DNA of 64,000 nt, taken from Monocercomonoides exilis PA203 (lineage: Eukaryota; Protista; Preaxostyla). A program made the translations under genes and the position numbers. The stretch's first letter is position 1, and each line of letters starts with the position of its first letter. Below the pieces are notes generated by a model that was given only the letters and a program-made list of their open reading frames with translations, had not been told where the DNA came from and searched no databases. This document shows, in pieces, positions 25,669 through 39,141 of the stretch. The stretch covers positions 434,001 to 498,000 of the forward strand of contig LSRY02000007.1 of the NCBI GenBank assembly GCA_001643675.2, written 5' to 3'.

Positions 25669-28600
25669 TCAACCATTAGCTGCCTTCACTTCATTAGAAG
25701 ATGTCCCAGAGTGATTTTTTTCATCTGTTATTTCGATTTGTTCAGGATCTCCCTTGACAATTGTCGCAGTCAGAAATGTCTTGCAATCTTTGTCCATTGA
25801 ATAAGTGCATCGAAAGTCGCCTTCAGGTTGCTCAGTGCAAGTCAGATGCCCAACAATTTGGGAAGCAGAAACTGAAAATCAGAAGTGAATAAAAAGTGGT
25901 GTGAAAGAAAATAATCATATTTCAGAGAAAATATTTATTTAAACATAAAGGAAAATACATTCTTCATTTGCAAAAATTTCAAAATTCCAATCAGAATCAA
26001 GTAACACTTTCATTCAATTCACAAATATAACTTTCAACTTTCACCAGAAATCTCTCACATACTGCAGACTGCAGTGCCATTGTCAATAACCCACGTTTCC
26101 TCTCCTTTCTGATCCGGCTCAATAAAAACAGCCTCCAACATTATCGTCGTGTTTGTCAAGTTCCCCTTTATAATAGTCGTATTTTCAATCTGCCCTTCAT
26201 CAAAGAAAAAGCACGGATGATATCGCCCTCCAGCAAGACTCGTCTTCTGCTCCATCTTCACCTCCTGCCGGAATAACACAGGTCCATCAACAACAAGCGC
26301 ATACTGCGAAAGATCCGAGGCATTTCCGCTCCCTGCTTGATTTGATTGAATGTTTCTCTTTTCTCTATTGATGGCTTCAAAATCGATATTTCTTTTGCAT
26401 TTACTATAATCATGAGCGTGCTTTGTAAAGAAATCATTCTCTTTATTCACATTTGTATTTTTATGTGTTGAGCTTTGCTTTGATGAATGCCCATCTGCAA
26501 CATTCGTCAAATAAGTCGTTCCATGAACTGTCAACGATCTTGCTCCTGTTACTCTACTTTGTGCATCAATCACAGTTGGTCCTGAAAATTGAGCCTTCCC
26601 GTTGACAACAAGAAGTGTTGTGTCACTGTTTCCTGTTCCTGTTCCTGTTGCTGCTGCTGTTGTTGTTTCATTCCCAATCACAACTTCAGAGTCAAGATTG
26701 CTCCGCCCACACACCCTCAGCCCACTCCCGACACTTCCTCCACTCCCTCCACACTCTCCAACCTCACTCCCCCCTTCAAGCACACTCTTCCCTTTCACTC
26801 TCAGCGCTTCCTCCCCACTCTGCCCTCCAACAACACACCCTCCTTCCACACTCGCCCCGGCCTCCACTCGCACTTTCTTCAGCTTCGCCTCCCCTGCCAC
26901 ACTCACATCCCCACTGAATGTCCCATCTTTCCCACTCAGCACTCCTTCCACTGCAACATCCCCCTCGGCAACTGTCTTCCCCACAAAGTGCGTCTCCCCT
27001 TCCACCCGCACACTCCCCCGCAGCACAGTCGAGTTGTATGCCCGCACATCCTTCGCCTCCACACTCTCCCCAAACGTCGCATTCCCCCTCACCGACATCG
27101 TCCCATCCACAGTCAGCTTATCTTCCACACGCAAATCATCCATTTGCACTTCTGCTGCTTCGAACAAGATCTTATTTGGCGCTCTTATCACTCCATTACC
27201 TTCGGTCCATTGGAGCGCATTACCACTTTTCATAGTCCCGTTAAACACCCCAGGTAAGTTGAGGCCTTTGATCTCGTATTCTCCCATGTCGATGTGCGAG
27301 AGAAAAGTGATTGTGTTTGAAGGCTGCGATGAATGGGCAGACAAGGAAGGAACAGAAAGAGTGGAGTTGATAGAAAGAGTAGAAGAGGCAGCTTGTGAGC
27401 GGACATAAGGCTTTGAGAGAGAAGATTTGGGAAATGAAGGTGTTGATGCATACGAATGAAATGCTAAGACATTTGACAAGGAAATGAAAGAAGAAAAGAG
27501 GGTGTTAATAATTCTTCTTAAAGAAGAAAAAGAATGCGAAATGAAAGAAACGAAAGAATTGAAATAACTTATCCGATTTTCAGGAAGTGTATTTGTAAGA
27601 GTTGTTTGTGAAGTGATGTCTTGTTGATGTGAAGGATGATTTTGCTGTTCTGCTTCTCCAATTTCTTTGAAAGAAGAAGAACGTTGCTTAAATTCAGAAG
27701 GATGAGAAGGATGAGAAGAAGAAGAGAAAGACGAAGAAATCCAAGTTGAAGTGGTTGATTTAATATCCAAATGATTATAACTTGAAAGTGTGTGCATACT
27801 ATTTCCTTTTGTATTTGAAGTAGCTGCAGAAGCAGCCCCTCCTCCTCCGCTCACATCAAAAGCGACGCTTCCACCGCCTCCAGAAAGAGTCAACGGCTTC
27901 TTCAGCTGAAGTGCTGAGCCGCCGCTGAGGAGATTGCCAGAGAACAGCAGAGGAGCAGCACATATGAATGCAACAAGAGAAAAGAAGAAGAGAAAGAACG
28001 CAACAATTGAGAACACGATTATGATGGGCAGATGCGAATGTTTGCTTGGCTCACCTTTATTTTCAGGCTGGGCAGAAGAAGAAGAGGAGGAAGAGGAAGA
28101 GTTGGAAGAAGAAGAAGGCTGTGCTTGACCTTCTTGTTGCTGGCTGCTTTGTGCCAAAGGTGACGATGACCCCTCACTCGCCAAACTAGTTGAAGATCTA
28201 CTCTTTTTTCCCTTTTCTGAAGTACTGCCATTTCTGCTATGACCACCTGAAGCAGTTCCCTCTTCACTGCTGCTGCTTTCTTCTGCCTCGTCCATCCATT
28301 CGTCTCCATCCAACAGCACATACTCTCCCTCTTCCACTCCCATCCCTCGCCTCTCATTCCCATCACTTCTGTCTATTCGCTTCTTCTGCTTCCCTTTCTT
28401 CTGCGACAGCTTATTCACCACTCTGTTCCCATCACTGCTAAATGACACATTCTCTCTCTTTGTCAGTCCCATCCCCTTTTGCACTGCCATCTTCATCCTC
28501 TCCACTTCTTCGATCGAATCCAGCGTTATCTTCCTCATCCTCGAAATCCAGTCATTCATCAGCATCTTCAGCTCCATCTCATTCCCTTCTCTTTCCTCTT

Positions 28601-29799
28601 CCTCTTCTTGTTCTCTCTCCAACCTTCTCTCAATCAGCTCCAGCCGTTCTTCTCTAATCACCTTCTCTAATTCCTCCCTCATCTCGTCTCTCATCTCCTC
28701 CTTCAGCCCTTCTGCTGCCTCTTGCACAATCTCTTTGTCCAGCTCTGCCTTCATCTCGTCCACTGCATCCAGAAGTTGCTCTTTCAGCTCCTCTCTCACC
28801 TCCATCTTCAGCTCTTCCTTCATTTCCTCTTTTATTTCCTCTTTCACCTCCTCTTTCACCTCTTCTCTCACACTATCCTTCAACTCCTCCTTCATCTCCT
28901 CTTTCATCTCCTCCTTCAGCTCATCCTCCATCCTCTCACACATCGCATCTGCTGCCATCCGCACATTCTGCTCAATGACCAGTGGAGGTTTCTCTGATGA
29001 CAGAACACTCGCAATCGCTGCACCCAGCTCCTCTTGTGCTGCTGGGGAAGAAGCAATGGCGGAGGAGATTGGTGAAAGAGACTGTGAATTACGAGAGGGA
29101 GAAGGAGAAGGCGAAAGAGAAGGAGAAGGAGAAGGAGATTGGAGCGAACGAGGGGTGAGCAAGGCAGAGCGGTGGCGGTGCGAATGAGAGTGTGAGTGAG
29201 GAGAACGAGGCGAGTGGTGTGTGCGAGAGAGAGGCTGGTGATATGGATTGGTGGAAGACAAGGAATACAGAAAGGGCGAAACAGTCGAGGGATTCGCAGA
29301 GGTGGAGGTGAGGGTGGATGAGAGGGTGACGTGGGGAGGGAGACGAGGGGTGCGCGCGGAAGGTGGACGAGTGGCAGATGAAAATGCTATTAAAAAAATA
29401 AAAAGAGAAAGAAATAAAAATTTTTAAAATTAAATATATTAAAAAAAAAATGATTGAATGCAAATATCTTCAAAATATCGCACACCTTTTCTTTCTTCCT
29501 CCTGCTGCTTCTTCAGTTCCTTGAGCAAAGTCAATTCTTCGTGTGCATTCGGCAGATACTTTCCCGCAGCCATTGATTTTTCCTCTTTCAGTTCCAACTG
29601 TTTCCTCTCATCCATGTGCTTGATGACTCTTTTTGTGAGCTTTTCGATTTCTGCATTGATCGGGTTGTTTGTGCTGTTGAACATCGGATTGTTCCACGGG
29701 GAAGGATGAGCAGGAGACGAAGAGAAAATGGAAGAGGCTGAAGAGGCTAACGATGAACGAGAAGGAGAAGTTCGTAAAGAAGACTCAGAAGCAGAGCCA

Positions 29800-29830
<31 letters not shown>

Positions 29831-32048
29831 TTGGTGTTGAGTCATTCAAAGACGACCGAGTCGAAGAAAGCGAGGCAGTCGAACTGGAAGAAGTATTCAT
29901 CGAAATCGGCACGAATGTCTCCACTCCATCAAACTGACTTCGCGAAAGCATAGCCAGCCCGCCAGCACGCTGGTGCTTTTGGCTCAGCTTCTGCTGGCGG
30001 AACTTCATTCCAGCGATGCGCTTGATGCATGCCATCTGCTGGGTGATGGATTCCGCACGCTCGACGTCCGTGAGAAGAGGAGAGGTTGGCGACTGGAATG
30101 ATATGATTGGTGAATAAAAAGTTGTTAGCATTTCCAAATTATGAATAAAGAAATAAATTTGAATTTAGTTGTTTTGAGAAGTAAAACAAAAATATTAGAA
30201 CAAGAAAAGAAAAGAAATAAAAGAGCAAAAAAAATTTATTATTATTAAGAATAGAAAAAAAGAGTCATAGCTGTCTCAAAATCACACCATCATCTCCATC
30301 TGATTGAAATTGTATGAAAATTTCACTGAAACTGGCTGGAAAGGCCGAAGCGTCGCTGGATCGATCGAATACATCGTCAGCGTCCCATTCAGCACAGACA
30401 CTTCTGGGCGCTGCAGACAATCACTCACCGACGATGATGTTGTGTTTGGTGCTCCATTGAAACCAAGGGGCGGAACAACCTTAAACAGCACTTTCTGCTT
30501 CAGCCCTGAGTAAAAATCTCCAATTGACACACGAAGAATATCTTGCTCGCTGCTGTTTTGCTTCTCATCTTCATATTTCTTCTCCAACTTCCCCTTTTCC
30601 TCTTCCCATGCCTGCTCATTTCTTTTCCCTGTTGAACCAAGCGCACTCTTCTCTCCTTCATCTCTCCCTTTTCTCTCTCTGTTGATCACTCTTTCTCTTC
30701 CCACCACGCCTTCGATTGTCCACCCGCCTTCCAGCGCAATCTCACACACGCCGTCGACGACTGTGCAGTTCTGCTTCTTCACCAGCGACTCGCAAACAGA
30801 CCTCACAAACACCCCTTCTGTGTCGATGAAGTAGTAGTTGCCCTTTCCCGCTGTGGCAATTGCTGACAGAAGAACATCGTCGTGATCCACTCCAAACCCA
30901 AACGTGAAAAGACGCAAAAATCTCCGCTTCTTCCGAGACGCAGAAGGAGAAGTTGATGCTGTTGATGTGACGGAGCGTGCAGAAGGGGAATAATGAGGAG
31001 TTGTTGGAATAGAAATGTTTGAAGCAGGAGGCGAAGATGAAGGTGATGATGGAGGAACAGATCCTGCTCTGGGAGAGGATGCATTCTTTCCATCCATCCG
31101 CTCTTTGCCCCTGCGATATTCTATTTCAGGAACGATATATTCATCATTCCATAAATTTTCGCAGACGCTTCGCCCTTTCAGAACTTTCCACAGTCTCGAA
31201 TTGACTGCGTCCATTCCATCTTCAATGCGCAGAGATTCTCCTCGCGAGCCAAACTCAGTTTCTTTGTGTGCTCCATCGTCTATACCATCACTGAATAGCC
31301 ACACATACATATGGCGCACTCCTCCGATTCCATCTCTAATTATGTTAGGTTCGAATAATAAATTTTTAGGAAAAATATTTTTCAAAAAATATTTTGAATT
31401 CAACTTTTCGAAAACTTCACACTTTTCACTTTCTGACATTAAATCCAGAGCAGCACCAATGCCTTCCAAAATGTTCGTTCCACCCTGTGGCTTTTCCGTA
31501 AAACTCATTAAGCGACGAATTATAAGTTCCTAATTAAATAAAAATTGAATGCAAATGCTTGAAAAACTAATAAAAGTGTCATTAATACTTTGCTTTTTAG
31601 TGTCATAAAAGTTGGTTCAATTAAAGTTATCGGCTTTCCAGCAAAAAGAACTAATCCAAAACGATCTTCATCCTCTAACAAAGTTATGACTTTTTCGAGA
31701 CATATTAAAACCTGACGAAGTTTAGAACTAGTTTTATAAAATTAAAATAAAGAGAATCTCAATTTCAATTAATTAAAGAAGATACCAATCTTTTGAGAAA
31801 AAATCATTTCCCATGCCTTATAAAATGCAATTCATAACGAAGATATTAAAATAAAATTTAAAAACAATACTTGAACTAAAATCAACTGCTGCAATAAGAT
31901 CAATAGGAAGCTTTTTACGAATTTTTGGAGAAATAACATTAGCTGCAAATCCAGCTGAAAGATAAAATTCATTATCTCCTCCTTTGGGCCAAGAAGTACT
32001 TTTCATATAACCAGCATCTGTGGTCAAATTTATGAATGAGTTATTCAT
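25669..32048 (-). CDS. vWA domain + coiled coil + TM + beta-fibre-like protein, paralogue B (~1878 aa)
   Basis: Exons 32048-31871, 31816-31786, 31727-31589, 31529-31423, 31335-30288, 30092-29486, 29386-26063 and 25871-25669; frame-consistent GT-AG introns. Motifs VDFSSSM, GGTNI, LFSDG, LFTFGFG. TM IIIVFSIVAFFLFFFSLVAFICAAPLLF. Confidence 0.85.
26586..27113 (-). repeat. 528-bp coding inverted repeat, arm 2
   Basis: Reverse complement of 23946-24473, in the coding frame of paralogue B. Confidence 0.95.
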
Positions 32049-32254
32049 ACTTGACTCAAAATAAAAAATATAATTATTAAAGTTAAAAATTTAATTATAA
32101 AATATGGCTCAATAAAAAATCTACCTTCTTTTATCAAACTGTGAAAAAAGAAAATATATTTTCAAGTTATTAAAAAACCTTTCATATTCACAGCTGAAAT
32201 GAAAAAACCAACCATATTTTTTTGATCTTTTTTGCGCACTTTGATTTCTGTAAG

Positions 32255-35200
32255 ATGAAGTTGCGCAATCAAGTCAAAAAACCGTATGCTAATTGTGTTA
32301 GTCGTTTTTATCGATGGAACAGACCGGCTGGTGGAAAAGGTTTTATCTTGTTTTTCATTTCATTCAATTATAATATTTGAATGGTATAGAGCTCCTGCGA
32401 CTTGCTTTTCCAATGATACTTTCTGAGGCTTTCTTAATTATTGTTTTAATTTTCTTTTTTTATTAATTATACGTTTTCTTTCAGGGTTCAAATGTGATCA
32501 ACGTTTTTGTTGAAAGGATTATTTTAAGTAAATATACTCCACCAGGGAGAGAAATTGGTTCAGAAGCAGCTGCTGTTTCTGTTGCCTGGAGTACAGTTTC
32601 TGTGTTAATAAGTCTTGCACTTGGTGTTAGCATATATGGGGCAATTGGAATGGCTGCTGCTGTTGGAGAAGAGTTATTTAATAAAGTTGGAGCCGTCCTT
32701 TGGCAAACACTTTATGCAGCAGTTTTAGCAGCAGGACTCCTTGCAGCTTTAATTCCTGCAATACGTCCGCTTCTTGGATTTATGTCGAATATGGAAGATT
32801 CTGGCATTTTATATCTTTTGGATACGGAAGTGCGCTATGCAACAATAATATTGAGTTGTTCCATATTCTTTCTTCTATACGACATTGGTTCAGGATTGTT
32901 TGCTTCCATGTCAAAAACAGCTCCAATTATCTGTGTTAATCTGATATGTCTTGGAACAAATATTCTTCTTGACTATTTGTTGATTATTGTTGGGAAGCTT
33001 GGTGCAATCGGAGCAGCCATTGCAACTGTGTGTAGCAAGGTGCTTGGCAGCGCTATATTTATATTTCTTGCGGTCCGTAAAAAGAAAATACGAACAGATT
33101 ATTCCTTTTTTTCGAAAAGATCCATGATTCCTGTGTTTAAGACAATTTTCCGCTTTTTCTTCTTTGGGCTTGCTGTTGGGCTTGTGAATTGCCTGGATGA
33201 TTTGGCCTGGACATTGTTTCTTTTGCTGAACCAGTCTGTTGGCGAGATTGAGGTTACAGCTGGTGGGTATGCGTCTTCCGTGCAGGATTTGGTGGGGCTG
33301 TTTATATTCGGTATCTCATCTGCCGAAAAGATCATTTGCTCAACTTACATCGGAGCTGGAATGCCTTCACTTGCACTGCGTGCACTTGCTGTGGTGTTCA
33401 AATGCACAGTTCCATATGGGCTGGTGATTTCAGCGCTTTACTTGGCAATTCCTCGGCAGCTAATGTCGATTTTTGTTGAAGAAGGCACTTTCTCTACAGA
33501 CGAGTATTTTGAGTCTGTGATGAAGATGGGGGAGATGATGATGCGGCTGCTGGCTGCGTATTACTGGCCAGACATGTCCATGTACTGCCTCACTGCTCTG
33601 CTCCAAGCAGCAGACAAAACATCCATCCCTCCAATTTCCTCAGTGGCTGGTCTTGTCACGTGCTTCATCATACCCACAGTTGTCATCTCTGTTGTCAGTT
33701 CGAAGAATGAAGTTGTTGCTTCTCTTTCGGCATCTGCTTTGTCGCTGCTGCCTTCTTCTTTGGCAAATTCTGTTTCAAATGTTGCAACAAAAGCATCAAA
33801 TAGCTTTCGTTCCATAGGCAAATATGCAACTTCTTGTTTGAAGCACATTCCATTCCTTCATCACTTCTTGTCAGCTGCCTCTTCCGAAGCAGCAGAAGAA
33901 GGCGGGGAACTGGAAGGCGATGATGGAGGGCTGGGGATAAAAGGAATGAGTGGGCTGGCGACTGTGCTGATGCTGATTGCCTTTGTGACAGTTCGTATTA
34001 TTCCTCTGATTGTTGCTGTGTCTTGTGGGAATTGGAAGAAGAAGTGTCTCGAGTGGTATGCAAAGGAGGTGGCAATGCAGCAGAAGGCACTGGAAGACGA
34101 GGAGGACGAAGATGAAAATGAAGATGAAGATGACGAGGATGAGGATGAGGAAGAGGACGAAGAAGAAGAGGAGGAGGAGGAAGAAACAGAAGAAGGCGGA
34201 GAAGAAGAGCAATTGATGCAGAAGAAAGCCAAGAAATCCGGCAAAACGAAGAAGAAAGGGCGAAAGAAGCGATCCAAAAATGGGGAGGAAGAAGATGAGG
34301 GAGACGAAGAGGAGAAAGCAGAGCTGCAGAGATTGATGGGGGAAGTGCTGATGGAAGAAGGAGAAGACACTTCGACTTCAGCAGAGACAGAAACAGACAA
34401 CAGCAATACACAGCAGATGGAAAGTGTGAAAAAAGACGAGTCAGGAAAGAAGAAGAAGAAGAAGAAGAGAAAGACAATCAAACACAAAAAGAAGAAGAAG
34501 AAGAAGAAGAAGAAGAAGAAGAAATCCAAAAAAGCTAACAAAGATGAGGCGCCTCCTGAGGATTTGTATGGATATTTAGGTGTTTCTGCATCTGCTTCTG
34601 TCACTTCATCAGATTCTTCGTCTTCGTCGAGCGATGGCACTTCAAAGAAGGAAGAAGAAGAAGAAGGAGAGGAAGAAGAGGAAAGTGAGGAGGAAGAAGA
34701 AGACGAGGACGAAGAGGAAGAGGAAGAGGAGGATGAAGAGCAAAAGGAAGGAAAAGGGAAAGAACACGAAACATCCAAAGATCAAATGCTTTCAGAGGAA
34801 TCAACAAAATCTCAGGCGTCTGACATGCTTTCGCTTGTGCGTTCGACTCCTTCCTCGCATCCTCAACTCATCTCATCCAAATCATCAGCCTCACTTCACT
34901 CTTCAGCCACATCGCATTCCACTTCTTCATCCACCACACCTCATCACACACCTTCGTCTTCCTCTTCTGGTGCTTCTCCACCTGCTTCTGCTTCATCCAA
35001 GCCTTCCTCCCGCACTTCATCCAGATCTTCTTCTTCCTCTGCTTCAAATCAACTTCCAAACTCCACTTCAATTCTCACTCCAACTTCTCTCTCCCCCTCA
35101 CGTCAGTCATACCGCTACCCCTTTTCTCCTTCCTCTCCTTCGCCTTCTCATTCCTCTCTCGCTCTGCCTGCTGCCCCACGCTTCACTCAAATGCAGCCAG

Positions 35201-38200
35201 CGCCGCCTCGCCAGCACTCTCCTTCACTCCACTCACTCCATTCTATCCGCTCAATCCACTCCACACACTCTCTCCACTCACAGCGCAGCTCGTCCAGTTT
35301 GAGCAGCAAGTGGCTGAAACGCAATAGAGAAATGGAGCTGAAAGGGAGTGCTGCGAAATATCAGGTGCTTGATGACAACGACATGGGTGAAAAGGCAGCA
35401 GGGACGAGTCTTGTTGAAGAAAGAGAGGAGAGGAGAGGAAGTATAGCAAGTGGATATGATGTGAATGGGGAAGGAGGAGAAAGTGCATCTCATGTGTTTC
35501 TGTCTCCTGCTCCTCGAAGATCTGCCACGCCATCTTCATCTGCATCTGCCTTTGCTGCCGTCCACTCACCTGCTCCATCAACAGCATCGTCTCCTTCCTC
35601 TCACTTGTCATCTTCCTCCTCTTCTTCCTCTTCTTCACCAATGACACCATTTCCCTCGCCAAATGTGCTTGCCCAGCTGCCGCCAGAGTTTGAGCCTACA
35701 TTTCAGCCAGACAACAAGCTGAACCACCCACCGCCTCCAATCAGATTGAGGAAGAAGAAGAAGAAAGCAATTGGAACAGCGACATCTTCGCTGGATGCTG
35801 CTGGAGGAGTGACCGATCAACAATCGGAAGTGCGGTTTGCTTTAGCTGCGAATTCCCCATCATCATCTTCATCGTCCTCGTTCTCATCATCATCCTCCTC
35901 AAAACAACCACCCATTCCTCCTCCTTCTTTTGTGCCTGGTCCTCGCGATGAGACAAAAAGCTTTGATGATTATGTTCTTGTCTCATCCATGGCAACTCCC
36001 ATGTCTTCTTCTTCCTCATCCTCTTCTTCTTCTTCCTCTTCTAATCCATCAGCTGCTTTACTCAAGAAACCGCTGAAGCGACCAATTGACGATGAAAGAA
36101 GATCGCTACGTTCATTGAAAGGTCAGCCATCTAAGTTTTCTGCTTCTCCATCATCGTCATCATCATCTTCTTCTTCAGTTGCTCCTTCTCCTTCTCTTTC
36201 GTCGCTTCTCTTCAACTTCCGTGGAGGTGTTGGTCATTCATTAGGAAAAGCATACGAGAAGCAAATGGAAGGGCTTTTGAAAGAGAGAGAGAGGAAAAGA
36301 GAAGAAAAAGAAAGGAGAAAAGAAAAAGCAAGCGAAATTGGGCGAGTTCGAAGCAATTTGCAAGCGTCGTCGACGCGAAGTGAGGAGAAAATGAGGCTGC
36401 AAAAAGGAGAAGACGGAAGAGTGGCGATTGAGATGAGGGAGATTGGAGAGGATGGGAGTGTGGTGGGAGGAGGAAGAGGATTCTATGAAGAGGAGGGATA
36501 TGGTGGTGATGGCATTGATGGCGGGGCTGATGATGATAGCAGCGAAAATGAGTCAGACGATGAAGATTTTGCAGAAAGGAGGCGGATGATAGCAGAAATT
36601 GAAGCGCGAGAAAGAGAGAGGAGAGAAAGAGAAAAGAAAGAGAGGCGGTTAGAGATGAAGATTATCAAGCAGAAGATGAAGGAGAGCCAAACGAACGAGG
36701 AAGAGAAGAAGATGATGAAGCGGCTGCGGGACATGACACCTGAAGAGCGGGAGAAGTGGAGAGAGGAGAAGAAGAACGAGATCAGAGAGAGGAGAAGGAT
36801 GCAGAAGGAGAAGACAAAGAGACAAAAACGGAGGATGTATGGAATGGCCGACGATGCGAAGAGTGTTGGCGATGAAGCTGAGCAAACGGGAAGGAGTGTG
36901 ATGGCAGCTGCGAACTATCCACACATGGGTAGCTTGGCAGAGTCAACATCGCCCAATCAGATTGGAGTGCATTTGGTGTCAAAGCGGCCAGGCTCAAAAG
37001 ACAACAGAGTGATCAATCTGGACAGTGTTGCACAACAGAATTCTCTGTCTTCTCAGTCTGATGCATTGGCATATCAAACACATCAGTCAAACCAAAATAT
37101 CAATGGAATATCTTATAACAACAATTCTTTTGAAAACAATACATCTGCTCCATTTCTGCAGTCATCTTCGAGTGAATCATCATCTTCTTCTTTTTCTTCT
37201 TCCCCATCTCATTCCCACTCAGCTGCTTCACCTCAGCACAATCCATCTCTTTCTTTCTCTCCAGCTCCAACAGACTCGCCTTCATCTGAGCTGTCTTCTC
37301 CTTCTCCCTCTTTCTCTCCCTTGCACCCTCTCTCCTCTTCTTCCCAGTCAGTCCCGCCTCCTCCAATCACACTCAGAAAACGCAAAGGCAAAAAAGGCAA
37401 GCTTCCAGGGGTATCACAAACAGCAGAGACATCCACAAACAATAACCTCTTACACACAACAGAGCCTTCTGCTAATCACTCCAGCAATGCTCCTCATCCT
37501 CCTCCATCCCGCTTCGACTTCCAACAACCTCAGTCGCGCTATCCACGCTTCGAAGAGTCTGTCTCGTTTGCCAGCTGGTCAGGCGACGACAGCGAAATGA
37601 AGCAGCGCAGGCTGTTTGAGTGGGAGCACGAAATGGCTCTTCTTTCGGCTTCTCCTCCAACACAACCTCTCTCTCCTTCTCACACCCAGCCCTCTTTACA
37701 CCAATCTCCACATGTTGCGAGCGATCCAATGAAAGTGCGTCAGCCGTCTTTGTCTTTGCCTCACTCGCGCCTTGCCTCGCTTCCTGTACCGCACCCGTCT
37801 CCTCCTTCGCATTCTGCCCAATCGACACAATATTCTCTTTCGTCTGCTTATCCGTCGCAGGCTTCTTTTCACACAATGACTGCACATTCTTCTTCACTTT
37901 CGAATGTGTCTGGGTCAGATGCAGATAATCTTGTTGCTTCCACTCAAAAGGCAAACAAGACAGATGCAACAGATAGTACTCTCCTTGAACCACTCGATGG
38001 AACAATGCCTGATGCTTTCAATGACATGATGCCTGCTAATTCTCCTCGCTCTTCTTCTTCTTCTTCTTCTTCTTCTTCTTTGCCTCCTGCAATTGTCGAT
38101 GTTATGACTTCTGTTTCGAGTGATACGAATGCAAAAGCAACGGATTCAAGTTCTTCTTCGTCGGAAATTCACACAAGTGAAGAGATGTTCAGTGACAGAT

Positions 38201-39141
38201 CAGCAGATGCTTTGAATGACACTCCTTTCACTTCTGGAGAAGACGCAGCATCTCAGCAACAGAAGAAAGAGGAAGCAAATGCTATTGGAGCGGAAGTTCA
38301 TTCGAATGAATCGGATAATTTTGGTGAAAATGCAAAGAAAACAGAAGAAGATGAAAGTCGAAAGAGAGAAGTAGATATGTTTGAGCATTTACCAGAAACA
38401 AGTGACAATAATTCAAATGAATTGAAAGGGGAATCACTTTCCGAAGTACCTCAAGAAGCACAGTATCAGCAAAGTTTCATTAAAGGAGGAAGAGAAGGAG
38501 GAGGAGAATTTACTGACTCTGGTGAAATAGAAGGAGGGATGTTTGAAGAACAATTCATTTCTCCACAGGCCAACGAAGCTCAAAGAGGAAGAAGTGATGA
38601 TGATGATGGCGATGCAGCGTTGATGGCAGATACTCAAATGTTCTACTTGATGGGTGATGCTGGATTGGATGGTGTGGGAGAAGAAGGAAGGAGAGACGAT
38701 GAAGATGACACTGCAGGAGTGGCAAGCACAGAAGCAGAGGGCAAAACCAAAGAAGATCAAAATGATGAGCGATGGGAAGGCGAAGGCGAAGAGAAGAAAA
38801 ACCATTCAGCACAGAATGATCCAGAGTCTGTCGCAAATAAGCATGTGCTTGCATATTTACCGTTTGAGTCGCTTGTGCATTTGTATGAGGCGACATCTGA
38901 TTCGCCTCCACTGACACCAGAAGAGGAGGAAGAGCGGATGTGGGCACAGCAAGAAATCGAGGAAGGGGACGAATTTGCTGATAGCGATAAGGCAGATAAT
39001 TTTACTTGCGTAGAAGGAGCAAGCGAGGATGATAAAAGCGAGAATCGTAAATCAGTTGGATCAAGTCGGAATGAAAGTGGAGTGATGCACAAGGAAAGAG
39101 AAGAAGAAGAAGAAGAAGAAGAAGAAGGTGGAAACAGATAG
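32255..39141 (+). CDS. MATE-family (MatE) transporter with a ~1700-aa low-complexity C-terminal extension
   Basis: Exons 32255-32339, 32390-32427 and 32485-39141. Motifs ELLRLAFPMILS, NILLDYLLI..GKLGAIGAAIATV, STYIGAG and multiple TM helices. The tail is poly-E/K/S/P rich. Confidence 0.85.

Noticed and set aside
19811-39092. Many antisense and alternative-frame ORFs rich in S, F, H or M
   Set aside because: Shadows of low-complexity and purine-skewed coding sequence on the real strand.
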